Notes under the pieces: generated by a model | Database searches by the model: none | Seen by the model: the letters and a program-made list of their open reading frames with translations, nothing else | Told to the model about the DNA's origin: nothing | Position numbers and translations under genes: made by a program | DNA from: Catajapyx aquilonaris | Taxonomy: Eukaryota | Assembly (NCBI GenBank): GCA_000934665.2 | Contig: JYFJ02001534.1 | Coordinates: 1-64,000 of the forward strand | Length of the DNA stretch: 64,000 bases | Reading direction: 5' to 3' | Part shown: piece by piece, positions 53,091 through 64,000 of the stretch | How the letters are laid out: every line of letters starts with the position of its first letter | Position numbering within the stretch: position 1 is the first letter of the stretch

Positions 53091-54269
53091 TATAGTGCAA
53101 GTGACAGTTCCTTTTTTACTCTTTTTTTACAGGTTTTTACAGGGTTTTTACTGGTGCTATTGGAACTATCTTAAACATCATGTACCTCGACGGTTCACCT
53201 CCAGCTGAGGCTGGATCTCCTAAATTAGGATACTAACTTGGACACCCAGCTGCTGCCACTACGTACTGGTGCGGCTGCACTTTTCACTTCTCGAAACTGT
53301 GATGTACCCACATCACATCGGCCTTTGTGGGTCCTTTTTCTTATGGGAAAATTGGAATTTCAAAAGCTGATTACAAGACCCTAGATGCGGGGGGAATTAT
53401 GTAGATTTTTCCTCATATTCCTGGACGCACTGTCATTCCTGAAGAAAAAATTGAATCTAACGACATCCACGAGACAAAAGTGCATTATAATGCGATTAAT
53501 CTACCCTGGTCGGCCGATTACTAACATCTAGTGCAAATCATGGTATAGGCCTATAATGGCCTGAATGTTCTGGGTATCTGCTGCCTTCCAATTTCCAAAG
53601 GTAGGAAAATTACGCAAACTGCTTTAAAAGGGCAGGGTTTCCAAACATTTTCGAGCTACCTTAATAATAATTTCACACAGAAGATGCCACATGTAACGCA
53701 GTGGGTTCCAATTGAGGTGTCCATTTTACTTTGTGACATTTTTTTTGCACTAAGTTCTTTATTATTTAAGAATAACTTTCCAATAATTACTTATAGTAGA
53801 GCTACTAAAAATATTATACTGTAAACCAGTGTTAATACTAGAAAGCATATATAAAATTTTTGAGACTGGTTTTTGGTTTTTGGTTTGAGGATGGCCCAGA
53901 TTCGGTGCTGCGAATTCAATTTCGAACGCCCCTGTCCATCGCGGCTCCTGGTGGGTGGCGCTGCTGCATTCCGGAGGAAATGGTAGCATGGACACCAGAG
54001 CTACTCAGGAGGGTTCTCCACAGAAGGAGCGGTGTCATTTCGAACAGTGGGAGGGTATCTTCAAGACGATCAGTTCGCAGGCCAGGGATAAAATAAGCGT
54101 GATCCACAGTAGCAGTGAGACATGCCGTTGCTACTCAACCATAGGGAGGATTTTACTGAGTGTTTTCGCCAAAGGTGGAGATTTATATTCCTGAAAGGTT
54201 TTGTATCCATGGTCCACTTGTAACTTCTCTTATAACACACTGCGCACATTGTAAATATTTGTGGATATA

Positions 54270-54467
54270 CTGGGTGGACCAACTTCAAGTGTCGTTTTAT
54301 AACGGCGATTAATAGCAGTGATTTTGCGATGACGTAGCAGCGACGTGTAAAATGTCCCACTTTCGATGGCGCCGAAGTGGGCCGTTTTACACGTCGCTGC
54401 TACGTCAATCGTAAAGCGTTTCTATTAATAGCCGTTATAAAACGACACTTGCAGTTGGTCCACCCTG
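54270..54467. mobile_element. Tc1/mariner-type palindromic MITE (198 bp)
   Basis: TA|C(T/A)GGGTGGACCAACT...AGTTGGTCCACCCTG|TA. Arms pair nearly to the centre at ~54368. Confidence 0.92.
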
Positions 54468-57095
54468 TATGTATAGAGTATGTCTGTTCTCAATGCAAAT
54501 CAATATGGAGCTGAAGGTCTGTTTAATTTTTTACAGCTGACATATTCTGACCTGTCGCATTATTTTTCATTCTTTTCATTACCGTATTTTACGTCCCTGT
54601 TTTTATGACCGTTTTTAAGTGGAAAATATGCAGGACAACTGCAAATTATGATAATGTTTCATGCGTTTATGATTTGACATCTTACCAGGCTGAATCTACC
54701 ATTTCTGGTATTTGTGCTCCATATATAGATTGCCAAAATGGTGAAGTAGTAGGTGCCACGCTTGCCTTCTGCATTGTTGGTTCCCAGTTGGTGCCACTGG
54801 CAGGCCGTTGACAGTTGAGTAAATAGTTCATGGAACTACATGATAATTGTGTTTTCTCTTACCGGGGCATCATTTTGCCGACCCCCACATGCGCGCCCCC
54901 TGCGGTTGAGAGGTCGGTTCGAAGGGAATGTCAGGTACGGACATCCTTGGTCAAGTCGACGGTATATACAGTATATCGTTTGGATGTTGCTTTTAGTTTT
55001 GAAATCATAAGACGAAACATTATCCCCCATTCGTATAACGCTCGACTTTTCGTGCATGCCCCCCAGTTCCAATTTAAAAGACATATTCACGTCAAAAATT
55101 ATTATTGAAGCTTCTTGGATATCCATAGCTGCTTTTCTTCTTGCTGTGCGAGAGATCTCATATTGCTCATATAATAAGAGTTTTCGTTCCAGGGTTCATC
55201 ACAGTTGAAGAAGAAACAAGAGCTTATCGAAACATCACCCCCGTCATGAGATCTCAGATGTCAGCTGTCACTGCCTTTCAGTTGGCGGCACTGGCCTGCT
55301 GCCATCATGGTGTCCACTCCCAGGAGACCTGCCCTACGTCCGGCACCTATATCCCTCAGATCCTTTCGATCAAAATTTGGTGAGCCAACACTTAGGGATG
55401 GACAATACAACAAACTATGTGTGTAGGCCTACTGGGTAGAACACAGTGCTCAGGTCAGGCCAAAGGGGACTAGAAGATTGTAATGCCGATTATTCAGTTA
55501 ATATGCACGATTTCTAGGGAATGTGGCTTGATTCTGATTTGTATGTTACCGTGCCAACAAATCACAACATTTCCAGCCAAAAACAGGTGAGGTTTTATTG
55601 GTAAAAATTCGATTTTCTTGATGCACTTTTGTGCCTCACAGCAGACAGGCCAACAAGAATTGCGCACCGTTTATACGTATACTGTACGTATACATACCGG
55701 CGGTACTTCCTTCGTCCAGGTTCGAGGGTCAGTTATTTTAAAACGCAATTGATGTTAGAACTATGATCTGTATAAAGAAATAGCCACATCACTAATTGTT
55801 ACCTACCAGTGCTACCACTGCTTTGTGAGGATTAGAGAAAACCGAATTAACAAGGTCTTGGATCACCTGTGCAGTCTGGTACAGTTGTTGCAAAATGGCA
55901 ACATTCAAAATAAAATATAAAAAGAGCATTTTGTGTCTAAATCGCAATATTCCTCAGCAGTACGACTTTAAAGTAGCAGCTCTTCTTCACTGCGACTCGA
56001 TTTTTGTCCCATCTCTACTACGAATGATAGCAGGTTCTCGGAATGATCCCAAAGCACTTGGTACTTTGACATGTCCGGGAACACTTTCGGCTGAAAATGT
56101 GGATCCAGTAATTAGGAAGGCGTCACTCAGTATTTTAATTAGACCTTGTAATGAATGTTGCAAGGTCCATGATGAGGTATACCTCAGTTCCCACCAAACA
56201 AAATTCCTTCCTTGTTGATCTTCTATCAGGGATTAGTTTGTGTATACAGGTTGATATTACTGCATCTAATAACCACAAAGTTTCAACATATACCACACAT
56301 GTACTTAGGAGTACTTAGGTAAGTAGGAGTAGTAGGAGTACCTAAGTACTCCCCTAAAAATATTTCGCACAATCGACCAATCCTGCACTTTTGGATGTGC
56401 CCTTGGGTATATCAGGACGTATATCACGAGGGCTCCATGCTGACTGGAAGAGAGCAAGAATTAATGAGCAATAATGCAAATTCTTCCTCATCGTTCCTGC
56501 GCATGGAAGATCAAGTCGAGGCGGAGCATCTAGCTTGAGAGTCGAAAAGAAAATAGAAAAAAAAAAGTTCTTTTGAGACCGGAAATTGCTTTCACTCTTG
56601 GATGAAATTCCTCGTCATATTTGCCCCGCACGAATGGGAGCCGCGCTCTATTAATTCCCTCTATCTCTCTTCCGTTTGCCTCCCTTTCCACTTAATTCGG
56701 GGCTCTATAAACAACATATCTGACCGCCTGGAGGCCTCGATCGATGTCACCAGGACGAAGGAAGCCTCGGCCTTTGATATGCTACACCCATCTCGCCTCC
56801 AGGATTGATTAACCGGTGGCAAACAGCCAATTTATTTCCTCCCTCCTCCTCCCCCGGCTCCTCCCCACCTCTATGCCCTACCCCTAAGCCTCCTCAGGAG
56901 TCCCACCACCTCAGAGGTATGGCTTGACTCGAACATTCTGCAATTGATTGCTCCGACTTGCAATATGTCCTCGTACTCAAGGGGTCATCACCTGGCAACA
57001 GTACATAACTTACACTCATCAATATTATGGTGATACGTACAATATTTCAGGATTTTTTTAGACGAAACTAATATGGAGATATTATATTTTTAGAC

Positions 57096-57408
57096 TTTTA
57101 GACTTTTTCGAGAAAAAAGGTCTTATAGATCGGCTGTCTGTCTGTCTGTGGACAGGTAACAGACAGACAGAGTCATGCTATAAGATTTTTTTCGATTTTC
57201 GGGTTCCGGGTTCACTCTATCCTCCCCTTCCCCCTGGCTGCCCCCTCCCCCACCGCCCCCTACCCCTGACCGCCCATTTTCCCCAGACCGTCCCTTCCCC
57301 CCCCCCCTCCATCCTCTACCCCATGATACCTGATACCTATCCACAGACGGACGGACGGACAGAGTCGTGCTATAAGACTTTTTTCTATAGATGAGAAAAG
57401 GTCAAAAA
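57096..57408. mobile_element. Helentron-associated (DINE-1/HINE-like) non-autonomous element
   Basis: T-run start, hairpin AGACTTTTTCGAGAAAAAAGGTCT, sub-TIRs CTTATAG/CTATAAG, (GTCT)n and (GGAC)n microsatellites, ~65-bp inverted ends, and a C-rich interior. Confidence 0.65.
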
Positions 57409-57417
57409 GATGAGTTT

Positions 57418-57686
57418 TTTTTTAAATACCCCGTGATAGGACGGAGCCCTTTTAGGGGGGAAGGGGAGGTTCCCGAGGGAGGGAGGGATAGTCATTTCTG
57501 ACTTTCTGAAAGATACCAGCCCTTTTCTCATGGCCCTGGGCAGAGTAGGGAGTGCAATTCTGTCCCGGCATGTCGGATGAAAAGCGGAAAAAGACCCGGC
57601 CAAGCAGAGGTGACGGGGATGGGAATTGAACCCCGGCCTCCCGCTTGGCTGGCCAGTGGCGTAACCACCAGACCACCATGCCTCCC
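57418..57686 (-). mobile_element. Full-length tRNA-derived SINE
   Basis: Head GGGAGGCATGGTGGTCTGGTGG...GGGTTCAATTCCC. Tail CCCCCTAAAAGGGCTCC...TATCACGGGGTATTTAAAAAA. 16-bp TSD TCAAAAAGATGAGTTT (57402-17, 57687-702). Confidence 0.93.
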
Positions 57687-58018
57687 TCAAAAAGATGAGT
57701 TTGCGATAGGATAGATTTTTTTTATAGAGGAAAGAGGCGGTCTGGGGGTGGGAGGAGGGAGGTGGAAAAGGGTAAGTCCACTTTTGGTCGAAAATGAGTT
57801 ATGGATAGTTTCAGTTTCAGTCCCAGTACCGTGACGGACGTTGGTAACAATAGCAGCAAACATGAAAATATCTACTCTAATCGCGCTCACGTGATTTGCT
57901 AATCTTATTAAATTAATGTATTTATTTTGTGAGGTATTGCCTCCCTAAGTCATCCCTCTGACCCCTAGAGTCACGATAGGGTCGTGGTCATGGTCTAACA
58001 TAGATTGCCAACAACATA

Positions 58019-58346
58019 TTTTTTTTTTTTGCATTACCCCATTGGGATTTACCATATCCTTTAGGGGGGTGGATTACCACCATCGGAAATTGGAGCCATA
58101 TAAGAAGATCTTATTTAATTACTCCAGGGTAGGTAGGAGGGGATGTGCAAAGTGCAAGTGCAATGTCTCTGATCGTCATTTTGTGAACTCCCCCGGGTGG
58201 CTTAGTCTATCGGAAATTGCCACCCGAAATGAAGCCAGAGATGGCCCAACTCTGCACGGATAAAGGTGGGAACCCCGGGTGGGGATCGAACCCGGGACCT
58301 TAATATCCGTGGGCGCGAGCGTTACCGCTGCGCCACTTCACCTCCC
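58019..58346 (-). mobile_element. tRNA-derived SINE, chimeric
   Basis: Head and body align with 27945-28164, but the tail is GGTGGTAATCCACCCCCCTAAAGG...GGGGTAA plus poly-A, as in 9049, 26496 and 43763. Confidence 0.88.
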
Positions 58347-59544
58347 TAGTTATTTATAAGACTAGCCTCATTCTAGGCCATCTCACGACTGACTACAAAC
58401 TTCCACGCCTCCTTCTAGGTCCACCCCCTACATCCCCACATCCCGCCATCTCTTGGCAAAACGGCTACATTCTCCCTAACTCCATCTTGAGGATGCAGAG
58501 GACATCAAAATTTTCATTTTGAAAGGTTATAGCGCGGAACTTTTTTTTTGACCCATCGTAGTGCAGGGATACCCAGTCCATATTACCCAGAATTGAGCTG
58601 ATTATGTCACGTACATCCATATTTGACGTCAATGGAGGGTCAGCGATACTGAGCTGGACAGATATTCACATTTTGAAAAAGCATTGTTCCCATTCGGGAA
58701 GTTGTGCCCAATGCTTCATTCGTTTCAGATGTATGGAGCTAAATCCAGGAGGGAATTTAGGGCAGGCGAGACTGGTTTTAATCTCGTGACAGGTGATGCA
58801 TGGTCTGCGTATATGATTACCTTGCATTTCCAACGCATAGCCATAAAAATTGATTCTAGCTGCAGGACCACTCGTGGCATTTGTGACAAGCCATCTTCTA
58901 CTAATAATAGGGAAAAAAAAGAGCAAAAGTCAAAAATGGTGTTTGAATTGACTTGGGGAAATCTCGTCAAGCGATGGTCACTTTAGTGCAAGTAGATTAG
59001 TTAAATCAAGCAAGGCATTTTTTTAAATCATTATTGTTCGCAGGTCAGTCAACCTTACATGATGAAATAGCATTGGGTCGATCCATTTCTACCTAAAAAA
59101 GAGCCAGGCACGTGAAGACCAGCTTTTATTGTCCTCCACTTTAGCCACCGTGTGCACGCATCTGAATCAGGTCGTCCTGATGTAAACAGTCCGTGTCACA
59201 TCTCTATCACGTTTAAATTACGTCTTGACCACGTCTCCCCTCCCCCCACCCCCGTAGCACCTAATATCGTCCATTTCCCGAGTGTTGAGTCGAAGGCGGC
59301 ATGTAAATATTTAAACTGGCAGCGGTAATCCGTAGGGCATAATTTCATGTGGTGCACAGTAAGGCTAAGCCTGGTAATAGCGTCCCCTCAGATGTGGTTT
59401 GAAAGAGCAGACGAGATCCTTGGGCTTAGTAAATGAGCACACAACACGGACCCTTCCGGCAACGTCCATCTTTCTAGTTCAACCTGTTCCAATCATCATT
59501 CTTCACCAGCTGGTCATTTTTGTAACCCGAAACTGACCTTATAT

Positions 59545-59700
59545 CAGTGGGGCTTAACGTCGGTCTATTTCTGCTACTAAAGCCAGGGGGTGGTCCTCCT
59601 CTTGGAAATTTGGCCACTCCGGGGATCTTTAACGTGCACTCGCGCAATGTCACAAGCACACGGGACCGACGGATTTACTTCCCCTCCGAAGGAAGGCTCC
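59545..59700 (-). mobile_element. Headless Deu/Nin-domain SINE fragment (Ruka-like)
   Basis: Minus strand CCTTCGGAGGGGAAGTAAATCCGTCGGTCCCGTGTGC...GTGCACGTTAAAGATCCCCGGAGTGGCCAAATTTCC...GACGTTAAGCCCC matches Nin/Deu core and tick Ruka tail motifs as I recall them. Confidence 0.7.
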
Positions 59701-60183
59701 ACTCTCACTTTTCCCCATTTTGAGATATTGAGCATACGTCACGTTTTGTGGTTAAATAATGAATGGGTCATGCGTTTTTCCTAGTTTTAAATGGTTTATT
59801 TTCTTCGAAAGGGCGCTGCTTGCCAGGGAAAGTTCTATATCATGTGCTTGTCTGAAAGTTGCTTCCTCATTCAGATTTTCGACCATTACTTTTCTTGTTT
59901 TGGGCCCTTGTTGGCATTTTTTTGTCGAGGGGCTACACATTTGTAAGCTAATCCGTGACAGACTTGCTAAATAGTGCTCAGTATGCATTTTCCTGCAGTG
60001 TTATGGGATCCTTGCTGTCACATTCTAGTCAGCCATTGGAATAAAGTTGTTTGTTGATTTACAGAACTTACATTTCATCATTCTGATATGACAATATTAT
60101 TGGGGCAATTTTTAGAGGTATCGGTATGAATAGTTCCTCACAAAATTACCACAACATTGCATATTGAGGAGACTTATATTGTA

Positions 60184-60260
60184 CAGGGTGTTCCATAATG
60201 ATTTCGTCACACTTTTAAAGGAAACATCTGGTAGCCAGAGGATTAGATGAAACATATTGA
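60184..60260 (+). mobile_element. Single Tc1/mariner-like terminus
   Basis: TA|CAGGGTGTTCCA shares 12 nt with the 1991 MITE TIR. No partner end found, so extent is uncertain. Confidence 0.45.
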
Positions 60261-61439
60261 CTTTTCAAAGGTGTGAATGACGCAATCATTGTTGTTATAA
60301 CTAAGTATCAATGACAATTGTGATGTCATTTGAACAGTAAAAAACCTGAGGTGTCATTTGGTCTCCGCAGCTAAGTTACTGTGCTAATTAGTATAAATCA
60401 AAAGTTCATTATACAGGACACTGCTTAATATATGACATATACACCACCTTGACGACTGCCTACTACACCTATAGTCTCAGTGTAAATTAATTCTGCATAA
60501 TAAAACTTGCACTTGAAAATGAAAAGGCAAGGTCGCTTGTAAGGACGCATACCTGCCAGGTTATTTCACATCTTGTGTCTGAACCCCATAATTACGGTAG
60601 ACATTTATAATGTCAAGTAATCCTCTGGTGCACCAGGTTTTACCCTGGAAAGCCTAAATAATTTTTAAAAACCAATCATATAAGCGAAATTATTTTGTCC
60701 CTATCTGTGATAGGTTTCAGGAGCCCCCAACTAAAGGCATTTAGGAAGCCTACAAAATACTACCTATCTTCGACATAGACGGCTTCAACATTTAGGGAGG
60801 AAACCTGGGGGTCGTAAAATATAAAACTGCTTTTCTAACTCTCGACTGGTTTTGTCACTCTTGATGAAATGTTGGGTTACAGCTCTCTTTCTTGACACCA
60901 CATTTAGCACGCGTATTTTGGGCATTGTGGTTGACCACTGAGACGGGTTTTTGACCTATCCTCCCCCACCTTCCATCCCCTCCCCACCCTGAGTCGTGCC
61001 ACTGCTGTATCAGTGAAAACACGCCAGAACTTTTGCTTCGCTTCACTCTCCCCCATTTCGCTTGATGAATTTTTCACCAGTTTATAAGTAGTTGGGCCCG
61101 GAACGCACATATAGCATTTTCCCTCCCCCCCCTACTGCCTTTCCCCTACCCATCACCGCCACTACTTCATATCTGCCCCATTCGGCGTCATGCAAAAATA
61201 AACAGGCTTAAAAAGGACGCCATGTCAAGTCCAAACTTTGAATCCCCTGCTATGCCACTTAGTTGCTGCTGTGTGTATACCGCTAGCCAGCGCCGCAGAT
61301 TACGAATGTCAACACGGACCGTTCATTTAAGTCCCACTCGGTTTCATGTACACTACAGAGCAAAAGAAAAAACCGGAGTTAGATAGAATGCTGTTGATGG
61401 CCGGAACTTTTTTTGACATATGTATTACATATTTGTACA

Positions 61440-61585
61440 TTGGAAAAACCCCAAAATGGTTCAAGTCCTCAAAACTAATACAAAAAAATGTATTGAAAAA
61501 TCTCATTGATTGAACTAACCAAAGCAAACCTATGTTTGGCCGAACCTGTTATTTTGGTTCGTTCAACTAAATAATTTTTTGAGTG
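61440..61585 (-). mobile_element. Single DNA-transposon-like terminus (TA|CACTCAAAAAA)
   Basis: Minus strand TA|CACTCAAAAAATTATTTAGTTGAAC with AACC/GGTT sub-repeats, similar in style to 6911-7200. Other end not convincing. Confidence 0.4.
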
Positions 61586-62640
61586 TACATACTCGTCGAC
61601 AATGTATGGGAATATCCGGGGATATAAACAACTAACGGCCAACATAACCGCAGAAAATAACTCTAGCGCGTTATGTGCTTTTACTCATGTTGTCACGTAA
61701 TCAGTAAAAAATAATATGTTTGTCGCCAACACATGTTTGGCCGCATAAATCCTTGGCTAAGTAGCGTATTACCGTCCCCAGCGTATGACCAATCATGCCT
61801 TTTATCAGCAGGCATTATGGTTAGCTCTACACCATAGACAGCCCACCGGCCATAATTGATTGATTGATTAGCACATTCCGGTTATGACAAGTGGCAGGGT
61901 GACAACAAGACAAATACATCACCATACCAAATTAGGGCCGCTGGATGTGGGGTAGTTAAAACGAGCTGTATTTGACAACATGGGGTAGTTTTGTATTGTC
62001 CAGTAGTGGTACTTCGTCACAGAATCGAGCACCCCCCCCCCCACACCCACATAAAAATGGCCTAATTGCAGGCTCTATGCAGATTTTTTTTTTTGTTGAT
62101 TTCATTCCACCCCTAGCAACCCATTCCCCCAGTGGGAAAGTCACTCTCAGAACCCTATACGTATGGATTGGGAATTACTTCCGGAATGACTGCTCTTTTC
62201 ACAGCGATGGTTAATGAAATTTTGAACTGCTGACAGCGGGATTAGAACTGGGAATGATTGATGATATTTTGGACGTTAATAACGTTGACAGTCGAGAGAT
62301 CCATTTTCATATCAGCGGGACACCCGAAAAAAATAGATATATAATCTTACAGAAAGTACTTCCGGTTCTAATCCAATGTTCTCACCCGGTAAAGGTGACA
62401 AATCACACGACCATGTTTGAAAAAAAGGGGGGGGGGATTATTTCTGGGATTTTTCGGCGATTAACCAGGGGTTCCCAGGTTTTAATTAACAGCTATGGCG
62501 CGTTAATTTTAATTTTCCACCCTGCTATCCGCGTTAAAAAAAGTTCAAGAAGTTGCTCATGTCGTGCAGTTACTGTTACAATTATTATAGTTCTTGTTAC
62601 TAGCTAATTTGGCTGCCGCATAAAATTGTTTCAGACAGAA

Positions 62641-62671
62641 ATATATATATATATATATATCTATATATATA
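62641..62671. repeat. (AT)n microsatellite
   Basis: AT run with one interruption. Confidence 0.95.
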
Positions 62672-64000
62672 TTTTAAATTTATTCCCTTCACAATGTACT
62701 ATGTGGCTCAAATTCTTTTGGCTACTTTATCCTGGTTTTGAAGCAACCGTTCTCACACACACTTCCTCACCGTGGGGCATGTGCGAAGGGTTGCTTCAAG
62801 ACCAGGATAAAGTGGCCAAAAGAATTTGAGCCACATAGTATACCTTCTTGAGGGAAAATTGTTTTAGAAAGTATCATTATGTAAGTGAAGTCAACAGTTG
62901 TTAGCAACCATTTGCACTAAAACTCTTATTTTATAGACGTCCCACCCTTGTTACACTAGTCGACTTTTCCATCACATTTTAGACCTTCCCAGAGTTTCCC
63001 CTACCCTGTCACATCAAGAGCATAATGTTTCACTACATGGTCTGACCAGACCGTTGCCATGAAACACTCCCTCCGGCCCTCCTCAACCATGGAACAGTTT
63101 AGAATTCAGATATTAGGATTAGAAGCAGACAGAAGTAGGGGTATTTCCAGGGCTGGATGGCCCGGAGGCTTCCGTTCCGGTCGGATCGATCCGGTCCTTT
63201 AGGATGAGGGGGCATCCAGGAGACTTGGGCTGCGAAGTTGCAGGTGCGCTCGTCCCCTTGATGATGCTCCTCTTCATGATGGTCGGGGGATAGGCTGGGA
63301 GGTAGGGGGGTGGGAATCAGGGTGGGTGAGGACTGCCTAACGACGCTTTCATCAATACCCCCTCCATAATGATGATGGGCTGGGAAATGGCAACGGATTC
63401 ATAAAGAGTTATATTTTCCAGAGTTGAATTTGGTGGGAAGTTCTGTTGGCATTCTGTACCTTAGGGACGCTACCGTGCTGGCGCCACAGTACGGGAATTT
63501 TCAACCACGTGTGTAGGCAGTAGGGGAGAGGTTGTAAAGGCAAGCTTCATATTTTTAAGCAATCTAGTCAGGCGATTGGTGATGAAGAGTTACGGGGTTG
63601 GATTTTAGCTACCCCCAAGTGGTGTGGGGGACATGATATCGATATTTTAACTATTTTTATTGCCATTCCTGTATGTTTCTAGTGGATGTATAGTACATAA
63701 ATATGGCAGGGGTATAGTCTAGCAGTATATGAATGGTTAGGCGGAGTGGAAAAGTAGGGAAGCTAGGAGTTTTTAAATTACCCCCACTTTTCATTCGTGA
63801 GAGCGGTACATTGCTGGTTTTAAAAATTAAAGGCCACTAAGTTCTTCCTTCAAAAGAGGAAACTTATGCATAGTGGGCTAAATTATTGTAAAGACAAAGT
63901 TTGAATTACGGCTCTGAGACTTGAGACATAAACGCTGAGCGTCAAAGTTAGGGGTTGGGCCGCTTTTGATGGGAAAGCGCATGTGGATGTAATGTCCACC

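Noticed and set aside
55675..55696. miR-iab-4-like ACGTATACTG
   Set aside because: Diverges after 10 nt. It is a short TA-rich palindrome around a TACTGTA word.
56308..56352. 14-bp hairpin GGAGTACTTAGGTA / TACCTAAGTACTCC as a terminator or ncRNA
   Set aside because: Low-complexity local duplication-inversion with no other support.

Overview
Animal genomic DNA, probably arthropod (one SINE resembles the tick Ruka/Nin-domain type). I can support no intact host protein-coding gene, rRNA, genuine tRNA, CRISPR array or prokaryotic system, and nearly all listed ORFs look spurious. The window reads as a large intron or gene desert. It holds about ten tRNA-derived SINEs or SINE fragments, all on the minus strand and built from shuffled head, body and tail modules. 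It also has many palindromic non-autonomous DNA elements (Tc1/mariner-, hAT- and possibly Transib-like), Helitron- and Helentron-like elements, micro- and minisatellites, and a decayed SGNH-hydrolase-like reading frame. Between these lie GC-rich, enhancer-like islands with CTCF-, RFX- and CRE-like motifs. The most unusual signal is a strong excess of short TA-bracketed words (TAGGCCTA, TACAGTA/TACTGTA, TACCGGTA), sometimes chained, which look like accumulated transposon excision scars. All family assignments come from motif recognition by eye and need Dfam/Repbase/HMM confirmation.
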